Notes under the pieces: generated by a model | Database searches by the model: none | What the model saw: only the letters and a program-made list of their open reading frames with translations | What the model was told of the DNA's origin: nothing | DNA from: Planctomycetota bacterium | Lineage (GTDB): Bacteria > Planctomycetota > GCA-002687715 > DRQF01 | Length of the DNA stretch: 21,281 nt | Assembly (NCBI GenBank): GCA_027001995.1 | Contig: JALTLO010000052.1 | Coordinates: forward strand, 1 to 21,281 | Direction of reading: 5' to 3' | Position numbers and translations under genes: made by a program | Shown: positions 1 to 7,586 of the stretch, piece after piece | Position numbering within the stretch: position 1 is the first letter of the stretch | Layout of the letters: each line of letters begins with the position of its first letter

Positions 1-691
1 GCTCTTCAGGTGCAGCTTTGCAAGTCGATTTCAAAGGACAAACCCGGCAGCCAGGCTGACTTCGATGACACAAGCTTTCAGCAACGACGTAGACGCCGTT
101 GACAAACATAAGTTGCTCTTCTTCTGAGAAGTCGGCTTCGATTTTGGCACGAATTTTGGCCGGTGTTGTGCCTTTCTTGAAGACTCCCGTGCGGGTCAAA
201 ACACGGGCAACAGAAGAAATCACCTGAACTGGGGAACGCCCACCTCCCAAATAGCTCATCATGAGAGGAGGAAGAAATGGGGACTTTTCGGCAAAGTAGG
301 CAAACAAACGATCGCGCTTGCGAGCGATTTGCTTGTCGCCCTTTTCCAAGAGCATGTCCAAGTCGACACGATTGAAGCGCGCGTAAATTGTTCCCAAGGC
401 GTCTCGTAAGAGAGCCGCCTTGCCAGCAGCAGCCTTCGGCCCCAGGCAAGCGATCGCCCGATCGACATCATGAAGCGCCGTCACCCGCACTTCATTCCAG
501 TCAACAAACTGCCCCTGAAGATTGTCAAACGCTTCTTTGGCTTTCTCTTGAGTCGAGCCAAGAGCCAAAATGAACATGATCAACTGATCAAGGGGACGTT
601 CTTGAGTGAAGCTACGGACGCCGCCATACTCCTTCTCAAACAACGTAAACATCTTCTGCAAAGTGATTGTAGCTGCCACTTGTGGCCCCAT
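1..691 (-). CDS. Endonuclease III-like (HhH-GPD superfamily) protein with C-terminal [4Fe-4S] motif; 3' end runs off the window
   Basis: Not in the ORF track. Manual translation from ATG 691 (or GTG 679) stays open to base 1: MGPQVAATITLQKMF...RPLDQLIMFIL...FDNLQGQFVDWNEVRV...VARVLTRTG...CHRSQPGCRVCPLKSTCKAAPEE. The C-X6-C-X2-C-X5-C pattern (nt 20-70) is the EndoIII Fe-S motif. Confidence 0.85.
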   Translation of the reverse strand, partial: MGPQVAATITLQKMFTLFEKEYGGVRSFTQERPLDQLIMFILALGSTQEKAKEAFDNLQGQFVDWNEVRVTALHDVDRAIACLGPKAAAGKAALLRDALGTIYARFNRVDLDMLLEKGDKQIARKRDRLFAYFAEKSPFLPPLMMSYLGGGRSPVQVISSVARVLTRTGVFKKGTTPAKIRAKIEADFSEEEQLMFVNGVYVVAESLCHRSQPGCRVCPLKSTCKAAPEE

Positions 692-723
692 CGCTTATTA
701 AGGCAAAATTTGCAAACACAGCG

Positions 724-762
724 TTCAGTACACTGATGTCCCGACAATTCGATCAGACTGAA
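724..762. other. Imperfect hairpin between rpsP and the EndoIII-like gene
   Basis: TTCAGT(724-729)/ACTGAA(757-762) and CTGAT(733-737)/ATCAG(752-756) arms; no strong adjacent U-tract. Confidence 0.3.
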
Positions 763-774
763 ATGTCCCAGTCG

Positions 775-1155
775 TTACTTAGCAGCTTTAGCGGCAGCTT
801 TTTGTTTCTGCTTGGACTTGCCATGGACGCGCCCAGTTTTCTTCTCTGCAGCCAAACGACGGGCGCTCCGCTTCTTGTTGCGCTCAGCACGTTTCGCTGC
901 TGGGTTGTAGGCAACTTCTTTCTCTTTCAAGAAAGATTGAACGGTCTCGGAAGGTTGAGCCCCTACGCTCAGCCAATAAGCAGCCCGCTCGACGTTCAGC
1001 TCGAGGCGAGGAACGTCTCCGGCAGCCAATGGGTTGTAGAAGCCCAAATTCTCAATCGATGCACCGTCACGGCGGGTACGAGAATCAAAAACACCGATGC
1101 GATAAAAAGGCGCATGCATGCGACCACGGCGTGTAAGACGAATTACTGTAGACAT
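775..1155 (-). CDS. rpsP: 30S ribosomal protein S16 with Lys/Arg-rich C-terminal extension
   Basis: MSTVIRLTRRGRMHAPFYRIGVFDSRTRRDG..IENLGFYNP..WLSVGAQPSETV is the S16 signature. Start reassigned to ATG 1155, which has GGAG just upstream. Lies directly after ffh. Confidence 0.97.
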   Translation of the reverse strand: MSTVIRLTRRGRMHAPFYRIGVFDSRTRRDGASIENLGFYNPLAAGDVPRLELNVERAAYWLSVGAQPSETVQSFLKEKEVAYNPAAKRAERNKKRSARRLAAEKKTGRVHGKSKQKQKAAAKAAK

Positions 1156-1203
1156 GTGGATTGCTCCGTTTTCAAAGGGCAAAGCCTCAAGGGCTCCGCC
1201 AGA

Positions 1204-2667
1204 CTATTTGCGTTTGTTTTTTCTCTTCTTCCCGGAGCCCCTTGCCCCGGGTTTTTTTCTCATGGACTTAAACTCAGGCATGCCAAGAATGCTCTTTCCT
1301 TCAGATTCGAGCTTGGCCACTTCCTTCATTTTGTCCTTCTTGAGTGCTTTCATCGGGTTCATCATTTTCCCGAACATGCCACCCTTGCGCATGTCCTTCA
1401 TCTGGTTGCGCATTTGCTTGAAACCGCGCACAAGATTGTGGACTTGCTCAACTGTGACACCTGACCCCTTGGCCACACGCTCCCGACGAGACATGTTGAG
1501 AATTTCTGGATGCACGCGCTCATGAGCTGTCATGGATTGAATGATCGCTTCGGAGCGATAAAACTCCTTGTCGTCCAAGCCATCCAAAGCTGCCATGTTG
1601 GCTCCCATCCCCGGAACCATTTTGAGCAGATCCTTGACCGGCCCCATATTCTTAATCATCTGAAGCATGTTCAGAAAATCGTCGAATGTGAAAGTGCCAG
1701 CCATGAGCTGCTTTGCAGCTTTTTCGGCGTCTTCCTCGTCGATAGCGTCTTGGGCCCGCTCCACCAGGGAAACCACGTCTCCCATGCCGAGAATTCGATC
1801 AGCCATGCGGGCTGGGTGAAAGACGGCGAGGTTATCTAGCTTTTCACCGATACCGATGAATTTGATTGGTTTGCCTGTGACCTTCTTAACGCTCAGAGCA
1901 GCACCACCACGGTTACCACTATCAAGCTTGGTCATAATGACCCCGGTCAACTCCAGAGTCTCGTTGAATTCTTTGGCGGAATTAACGGCGTCTTGACCGG
2001 TATTAGAATCAAGGACCAGGAAGATCTCATGGGGTGAGGTCTGTTTGGCAATGTCGGACACCTCATTCATGAGGTCTTTGTCGATATGGAGACGCCCGGC
2101 GGTGTCGAGAATCACGACATCACAACCTTGCTTGGCAGCTTCCGCCAAAGCGTTGCGACAGATGACTGGAGGTTGGCCACCGACTTCAGCGTGAACCGGG
2201 ACCCCCACCTGCCCTCCCAGGACTTTCAGTTGCTCAATAGCTGCAGGGCGCTGGACGTCAGCCGCCACCAGCATGGGCTTTTTGCCCTCAGCCAAAAACT
2301 TCTTGGCGAGCTTGCCACAGGTTGTGGTTTTACCTGAGCCTTGCAGCCCCGCCATAAGAACCACGGTGGGTTTCCCGTCTTGCCAGTCAATCGAAGGGTC
2401 TTCTGGCCCCATAAGATCAACCAAAGTGTCGTGAATCGACTTGATGAATTGGTCGCCAGGGGAAACACCTTTAGTGACTTCCCCTCCCATGGCACGCTCA
2501 CGGCAAGCGGCAATAAAGTCTTTGCAAACAAGAAAATTTACGTCCGCTTCGAGCAAGGCGACCCTCACCTCGCGCAATGCGTCGCTGATATTGCTTTCGG
2601 TGAGCTTTGATTTGCCGGCAAACCGGCGCCGGACGGTGTCAAAGGTCTTGGTCAGCGAATCAAACAT
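1204..2667 (-). CDS. ffh: Signal recognition particle protein Ffh (SRP54)
   Basis: ALLEADV N-domain, GLQGSGKTT, DTAGR, TKLD, GEK, RILGMGD, and a Met-rich M domain with SRRERVAKGSG. Confidence 0.98.
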   Translation of the reverse strand: MFDSLTKTFDTVRRRFAGKSKLTESNISDALREVRVALLEADVNFLVCKDFIAACRERAMGGEVTKGVSPGDQFIKSIHDTLVDLMGPEDPSIDWQDGKPTVVLMAGLQGSGKTTTCGKLAKKFLAEGKKPMLVAADVQRPAAIEQLKVLGGQVGVPVHAEVGGQPPVICRNALAEAAKQGCDVVILDTAGRLHIDKDLMNEVSDIAKQTSPHEIFLVLDSNTGQDAVNSAKEFNETLELTGVIMTKLDSGNRGGAALSVKKVTGKPIKFIGIGEKLDNLAVFHPARMADRILGMGDVVSLVERAQDAIDEEDAEKAAKQLMAGTFTFDDFLNMLQMIKNMGPVKDLLKMVPGMGANMAALDGLDDKEFYRSEAIIQSMTAHERVHPEILNMSRRERVAKGSGVTVEQVHNLVRGFKQMRNQMKDMRKGGMFGKMMNPMKALKKDKMKEVAKLESEGKSILGMPEFKSMRKKPGARGSGKKRKNKRK

Positions 2668-2728
2668 AAACTCTTTTCAACAAAAGACTTAAAACAAAAA
2701 ACTTGGCCACTATCCGCTCAATACGGAC

Positions 2729-2810
2729 CGGGACAGACCTCATCTCGCCAACACGGGAGCTGAGCCGCCATATTGTTGAGAGAAACGACGTTTCACAAGG
2801 GTCTGTCCTG
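2729..2810. other. Long stem-loop in the ffh / TPR-alphaCTD divergent intergenic region (candidate ffh leader structure or small RNA)
   Basis: GGACAGACC/GGTCTGTCC perfect 9-bp closing stem, inner TCTC..CAACA/TGTTG..GAGA stem, and a GAAAC-GAC-GTTTC palindrome. Confidence 0.45.
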
Positions 2811-2904
2811 TCACTGATTACCTTCCTCGCCACAATTTTCTTCGCCGGGGTCTCGATTGAGGGGCTGAAGCACGATCTTCCCAACAATCCTCAAAAAAAT
2901 CACC

Positions 2905-2933
2905 TTTAAGCCGTGGTGTCGGCCCGATACAAT
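2905..2933 (+). promoter_or_regulatory. Sigma70-type promoter for the TPR-alphaCTD gene
   Basis: TTTAAG(2905-2910)-N17-TACAAT(2928-2933), preceded by an A-rich tract. Confidence 0.55.
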
Positions 2934-2950
2934 CCCGGCCCGAGGAATTC

Positions 2951-3006
2951 CCGAACATACGTCGTCTCCGAAGGTTCGGTCAATTGCACCACCCGGAGAC
3001 TGGAGG
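2951..3006 (+). promoter_or_regulatory. Structured 5' UTR (hairpin or pseudoknot) abutting the Shine-Dalgarno
   Basis: GTCTCCG(2964-2970)/CGGAGAC(2994-3000) and CCGAAC(2951-2956)/GTTCGG(2974-2979); SD GGAGG at 3002-3006. Confidence 0.45.
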
Positions 3007-3016
3007 ATACACATTG

Positions 3017-4423
3017 ATGGAATCCACCCACGATCAATTTGATGAAGAAGAAGAAGTCGCAAGCCCGGTCGATATCTGGAGTTGGACAAGTACCAGCCCC
3101 GAAGCTTTGAATCTCAGTGAGGTTCTCGCGTTTCGTCGAACCGTTCTTTCTAACCCAACTGCTCGCCGAGAACTGACCAACAGACTCAGCGAAACCGATG
3201 GCCAAGAGGTCAACGGTGTCCAAGCTGGCATTGGCTGGTGGATCTGCAATGAATACCGCAGATCATTGGAGCATTTGGAAAAGGACCACAACGGCAAGGT
3301 GGCCACCTTTGCCTTTGCTGATTCCGCATGTTTCGCGGGTCACTTAGGTATCGACGGTGTCAACCCACGACCAAGTGTTGCAGCCGACCTGATCATGAAG
3401 TCCAACCCGACTCTTGCGGAAGAGAAGGTCTTGGTCATGCGTGCGCTTATCACCGCGGAAAAAACCGAAGAAGCTCGCAAATTCTTAGACAGCCAAAACG
3501 ACGAGTTTAGAGACTCAGCGGATGGTTTGTTCTTTGAAGGGCACTTGGCAGAACTTGATGGGGATTACAGCGCGGCAGACGCAGCCTATCAAAAGGTTCT
3601 CGAGATTGACGAAAACCACGCATTGACCTTGTTCCGTTTGGCTCGCTGGCACGATTTTTCTTGTGATGACGACTTGGCCATGCGTTGCTACACCAAACTC
3701 TCGAATTGCAAGCCACCTCATATCAACGCGCTCATCAACTTGGGCGTGCTCTATGAAGACCGTGATCAGTTCACCGAAGCCGCCCATTGCTACCGTCGTG
3801 TCTTGAGCATCTACCCGCAACACCCCCGTGCTGCTTTGTACTTGAAGGATGCCTTGGCGTCCCAATCCATGTACTACGATGAAGAACAAGAAGTTCGCCA
3901 AGACCGCAAGAACCAAATCCTTAAGATCCCTGTTTCCGACTTCGAGTTGTCAGTCCGGTCACGGAACTGCCTTGCGAAGATGAACATTGTGACCTTAGGT
4001 GACTTGGTTGACAAAACTGAAGTTGAGCTTCTTTCATACAAGAACTTCGGCGAAACAAGCTTGAGCGAGATCAAGCAAATCCTCGACATGAAGGGCTTGC
4101 GATTGGGCATGAGGCCGGACGAGGACTTGGTGCCGATGGGAGCCGGTGGTAGCGGCGTTGCTGCTAACCCGGCTCAAGCTGCGGCTCCGTCATTCTCCAT
4201 CGACCCCGATGACGAGCGCCTTAAGAAGTCGGTGAATGAATTAAACCTCAGTGTGCGCGCGCGCAAGTGCCTTTCTAACTTGGACATCAAGTTGATCGGC
4301 GACCTGATCGCTTACACCGCCGACGACCTTCTTGGCCAACGCAACTTCGGTGTCACCTCCCTCAAGGAGATCATCGAACAAGTTGAGCACATGGGATTGG
4401 CGATGCGCACGGTCGACCGTTAG
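3017..4423 (+). CDS. TPR-repeat protein with two RNA polymerase alpha-subunit C-terminal domains (not the true RpoA)
   Basis: TPR helices ([41 protein letters not shown]) are followed by [23 protein letters not shown] and [22 protein letters not shown]. No alpha-NTD is present. Start is ATG 3017 or TTG 3014 after the GGAGG SD. Confidence 0.9.
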   Translation: MESTHDQFDEEEEVASPVDIWSWTSTSPEALNLSEVLAFRRTVLSNPTARRELTNRLSETDGQEVNGVQAGIGWWICNEYRRSLEHLEKDHNGKVATFAFADSACFAGHLGIDGVNPRPSVAADLIMKSNPTLAEEKVLVMRALITAEKTEEARKFLDSQNDEFRDSADGLFFEGHLAELDGDYSAADAAYQKVLEIDENHALTLFRLARWHDFSCDDDLAMRCYTKLSNCKPPHINALINLGVLYEDRDQFTEAAHCYRRVLSIYPQHPRAALYLKDALASQSMYYDEEQEVRQDRKNQILKIPVSDFELSVRSRNCLAKMNIVTLGDLVDKTEVELLSYKNFGETSLSEIKQILDMKGLRLGMRPDEDLVPMGAGGSGVAANPAQAAAPSFSIDPDDERLKKSVNELNLSVRARKCLSNLDIKLIGDLIAYTADDLLGQRNFGVTSLKEIIEQVEHMGLAMRTVDR

Positions 4424-4425
4424 GC

Positions 4426-4438
4426 TAAGTCCCCTGCA
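4426..4438 (+). repeat. Left copy of an imperfect direct repeat bracketing the TCS-SulP-DAB block
   Basis: TAAGTCCCCTGCA versus TAAGTCCCTCTGCA at 14767-14780. Confidence 0.4.
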
Positions 4439-4447
4439 ATCTATGAT

Positions 4448-4483
4448 GAGGGCCCTGCTCAGTTCACTGAGTAGGGCCCTTTT
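4448..4483 (+). terminator. Intrinsic terminator hairpin between convergent genes
   Basis: GAGGGCCCTGCTCAG-TTCA-CTGAGTAGGGCCCTT followed by TT; overlaps the last codons of the convergent activator gene. Confidence 0.8.
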
Positions 4484-5839
4484 CAATACGTGTGAATCGT
4501 TGAAGTTTGCGGTAAAGGGTTCTTCGATCTAACCCCAGGATTTCCGCTGCTGCTTTCTTGTTACCTGCGACGGCGCTCAAGACTCTACGGATGTGCCTCT
4601 CTTCTAGTTCAGCGATCGAGATCAAGCCAACTTCATCTTCTTTGATCTCTTTCTTCTGCCACAAGTCTTCGGGGAGGTCTTCTACGGCTAAGACCTTCCC
4701 ATCAGAAAGAGCCACGGCTCTTTCGATGGTGTTCTCTAACTCGCGGACATTTCCCGGCCATGAGTGGGCCAACAGCTTAGTGGCGATTCCCTTGGAGAAA
4801 ACTGGAGGGTCGATCCCAAGCCGTTTCGAAATCCTCTGATTGAATCTCTGGGCCAATGCCAGAATATCCCCCTGACGCTCCCGCAAGGCAGGCATGCGGA
4901 TCTTGATCACAGCAATGCGATAATAGAGATCTGTTCGGAAGCGATGCTCGTCGGCTTCTTGCTTGAGATTGCGATTAGTGGCGGCAATCACGCGGCAATC
5001 AATCGCGACTTCTTTGTCACCACCAACTGGGCGAATGGTCGATTCTTGAAGAGCCCTCAATAGTTTGGGCTGCAAACTCGCTGGCAATTCACCAATTTCA
5101 TCCAGAAAAAATGTGCCCCCATGAGCCAAAGAGAACAACCCTGCCCGGGTGGATTTCGCATCGGTGTAAGCCCCTTCCACATGCCCAAACAACTCGGACT
5201 CTGCCAGGCTTTCCGCTAAGGCCGCACAATTGACAGCGATAAACGGGCCATTTTTTCGTGGACTATGATCATGAAGATCGCGGGCCAATAGTTCCTTTCC
5301 CGTCCCCGTCTCCCCCTCTATCAGAACCGGAACATCGGAAGTGGCAGCCTTGGGAACCAAATCCAGAAGGCGCAACATGGGCGGGCTATTTCCTTCCAAG
5401 CGATACCCGACGCCGACTGGCTGAAGGTCATCAATCGTCTTGTTGAGTCGAGAAACTTCCGCGCTCAAATGAGCATGCTCCAAGGCTCGGTGAACGGCAA
5501 ACTCCAAGACATCCAACTCGATGGGTTTCGACAAGAAATCGTAGGCTCCAGCGCGAATCGCTTCCACCGCTAAATCCAAGGTGCCAAAGCCAGTCATAAC
5601 ATAACAATGACGGGGAGATCGGGAGCAATTTGATGAATGTGAGCACAAAGGTCGATCCCAGTCATTCCCGGCATTCGAATATCGGTCAAGACAACGTCCG
5701 GGGCTTGGTTGCGAATGACATCCAAGGCCGATTGGGGGTCGCACTCCCAAGTGACCTCAATTCCCAAAGGAGAGAGACCGGCATGAACGAGTTCGCACAT
5801 GGGAAGCTTGTCATCAATAACCAGGAGTTTGCCATCCAT
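4464..5839 (-). pseudogene. Sigma54-dependent NtrC/AtoC-family response regulator (REC-AAA+-Fis HTH), frameshifted at about 5600
   Basis: 5594-5839 encodes the REC N-part (VIDD, VLTDIRMPG). 4464-5597 encodes MTGFG..LSKP, GETGTGKE, ESELFGH, GAYTDA, FLDEIGE, WPGNVREL and AAEILGLDRRTLYRKL. The two parts are separated by a duplicated CATAA (5595-5604); deleting one copy gives a single 456-aa frame. Confidence 0.9.
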
Positions 5840-5840
5840 C

Positions 5841-7178
5841 TTATGATTCCTGCTTTCGTGGAAGGATTAAGGAAAAGCAAGCGCCTCCCAACCGAGAAAC
5901 TTCTGCACGAATTGAGCCACCATGATCTTTCACTATTCCGTGGACAATCGAGAGACCAAGCCCCGTTCCGGCCCCCTGCTCTTTGGTTGAGAAGAAAGGC
6001 TCAAAAACCCTCTCCCGAATATCATCTTCGATTCCGGTGCCATTGTCTTCGACCTTAAGGTGCGTCTCCTCTCCTCCTCTGAGAGACAGGCGAATCTTTC
6101 CGTCATCATCCGTGGCCTGGATGGCATTCATGATCAAGTTGGCGACAACTTGCTGGAGTTGCTCTCCTGATCCATGAACAAGAACGTCCTCATCGCCTTC
6201 CAAAGACAATTGACGATCGCCAGCAGTCGGCCTCAATAATCGAATGGTATCTTGGCAAAGTCGGCGTAAATCTACTTCTTGAAGGCTATGGGGCGCGGGC
6301 CGAGCGAAATCCATCAATTGCCTGACAATACGAACGATCTGATTCGATTGCTCATGGATGATCTTGGCATCATCGTCTTCTTCCCCAAGCTTTTTCAACG
6401 TTCTTTGAAGCAATTGTGCCCGCCCAGAGATCACATTAAGAGGTGTGCCCAGTTCATGTGCCAACCCCGCTGCCAACTGTCCCACCATGCGGAGACGATC
6501 GGCATGAAAAAGCTGAAGTTCCGCTTCCAGCCGTGCCTCGGCATGAGCCCGGGACTGAATACGAATTCCCTCCAATTGAATTGTCATCAAATTCAACTCC
6601 GTTGCCAGATCGCCAAGCTCATCATTGCTCTTTGCTTCGATCCGCAGGGAGTAATCTTCATCAGCCACCCCCCGCGCCATGGCAACGAGTCTCTCAACCG
6701 GACGCCCGACAAGCCATTGCCCAATGAGCGAACCAGCCCCCAGCGCCAAGAGCATCACAGAAATCACAGTGATTCCAGCGGTGCGCAATGATCGGTTCAA
6801 GAAATCATCACGAGGCCCTAAATCTTCGGTGACCTCCACCCGATTCCTTTGACCGCTGACTGGAATACTGGCTTTCACTCTTGATTGCCCCACGCTGGTC
6901 ACGAGTCCCAAATCCAGTTCCTTTTCGGAAGCAGGAATCAACGCAACTCGAATTCCCGCATTGTCCAGGTCCAATGAATCCAAAAGTGATCCCCAATCCT
7001 CTTGTCCCACAGAGTTCTCAACCGCGCTGGCAACAACCTTGGCGATGAGTGAAGCATCACGAACCATATCATTCTCAATGATCTTGACATCTCGCTTGGC
7101 CGCTAAGATAGACATCAACAAGACGATGAGGGTTGCCCCGAGTCCGATCAGAAGAGCAAATTTCAACGACAATCGCAC
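5841..7178 (-). CDS. Membrane sensor histidine kinase (2 TM, HAMP, HisKA, HATPase)
   Basis: AHELGTPL H-box, [10 protein letters not shown]-box, [14 protein letters not shown] and GTGLGL. GTG start with AGGAG SD. Its stop lies 1 nt before the regulator start. Confidence 0.95.
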   Translation of the reverse strand: MRLSLKFALLIGLGATLIVLLMSILAAKRDVKIIENDMVRDASLIAKVVASAVENSVGQEDWGSLLDSLDLDNAGIRVALIPASEKELDLGLVTSVGQSRVKASIPVSGQRNRVEVTEDLGPRDDFLNRSLRTAGITVISVMLLALGAGSLIGQWLVGRPVERLVAMARGVADEDYSLRIEAKSNDELGDLATELNLMTIQLEGIRIQSRAHAEARLEAELQLFHADRLRMVGQLAAGLAHELGTPLNVISGRAQLLQRTLKKLGEEDDDAKIIHEQSNQIVRIVRQLMDFARPAPHSLQEVDLRRLCQDTIRLLRPTAGDRQLSLEGDEDVLVHGSGEQLQQVVANLIMNAIQATDDDGKIRLSLRGGEETHLKVEDNGTGIEDDIRERVFEPFFSTKEQGAGTGLGLSIVHGIVKDHGGSIRAEVSRLGGACFSLILPRKQES

Positions 7179-7281
7179 AAGAGATCTCCTCTACTGGCAA
7201 ATGCATGAGATCGCGGACACCCACGGGCAAGCATGGTTCCTATTGTAGCCACGACAACATCCCTTTTCATAGGTTTGCTTT

Positions 7282-7355
7282 TGGACAATCAGACAATTGT
7301 CCAGACCTCAATGGCCACACCAGATTGCCCCGCCGTGTGGCACAATGCCACACGG
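7282..7355. promoter_or_regulatory. Palindromic candidate upstream activator (enhancer) sites
   Basis: TGGACAAT-N6-ATTGTCCA (7282-7303); CCGTGTGGCA-CAA-TGCCACACGG (7333-7355); extra half-site GCCACAC (7314-7320). Confidence 0.6.
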
Positions 7356-7539
7356 GTTTTGCACTCGATTCTCCGCATCAAAGGCCAGAAGGAAAATTCA
7401 TTCCCGCAGGTGACCAAAGCAAGAATAACCAACAACGAAGGTTATCAATGCACCTTGCCAGTTCTTCACCACCTCAGTGCCCCGTCCACAGGGCCAGCAA
7501 GACCAAACCCAGCTCCAAGATGGCGAGTCATTCGGCTTT

Positions 7540-7555
7540 AGGCACAGAATCTGCT
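7540..7555 (+). promoter_or_regulatory. Sigma54 -24/-12 promoter of the SulP-DAB operon
   Basis: AGGCAC-AGAAT-CTGCT, with GG(7541-42) and GC(7553-54) exactly 10 nt apart (consensus TGGCAC-N5-TTGCW). Predicted TSS about 7566, SD AGGAG at 7574-7578, GTG at 7587. Confidence 0.7.
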
Positions 7556-7586
7556 TTAGGGAAGTTTCCCTATAGGAGAACGCCCC

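Noticed and set aside
682..1464. 260-aa plus-strand ORF
   Set aside because: Antisense shadow of rpsP and ffh; no recognisable motifs.
2668..3000. SRP RNA (ffs) or tRNA next to ffh
   Set aside because: No helix-8 GNRA/AGCAG signature or cloverleaf on either strand.
3017..4423. Calling this gene rpoA
   Set aside because: No alpha N-terminal dimerisation domain and no rpsK/rplQ context.
5606..5750. N-terminal extension (MGVRPPIG...) of the 428-aa ORF
   Set aside because: Off-frame reading of the receiver domain, caused by the 5-bp duplication.
7338..7363. Second sigma54 promoter at TGGCAC...TTGCA
   Set aside because: TGGCAC and TTGCA are not at the required GG-N10-GC spacing; the sequence belongs to the palindrome.
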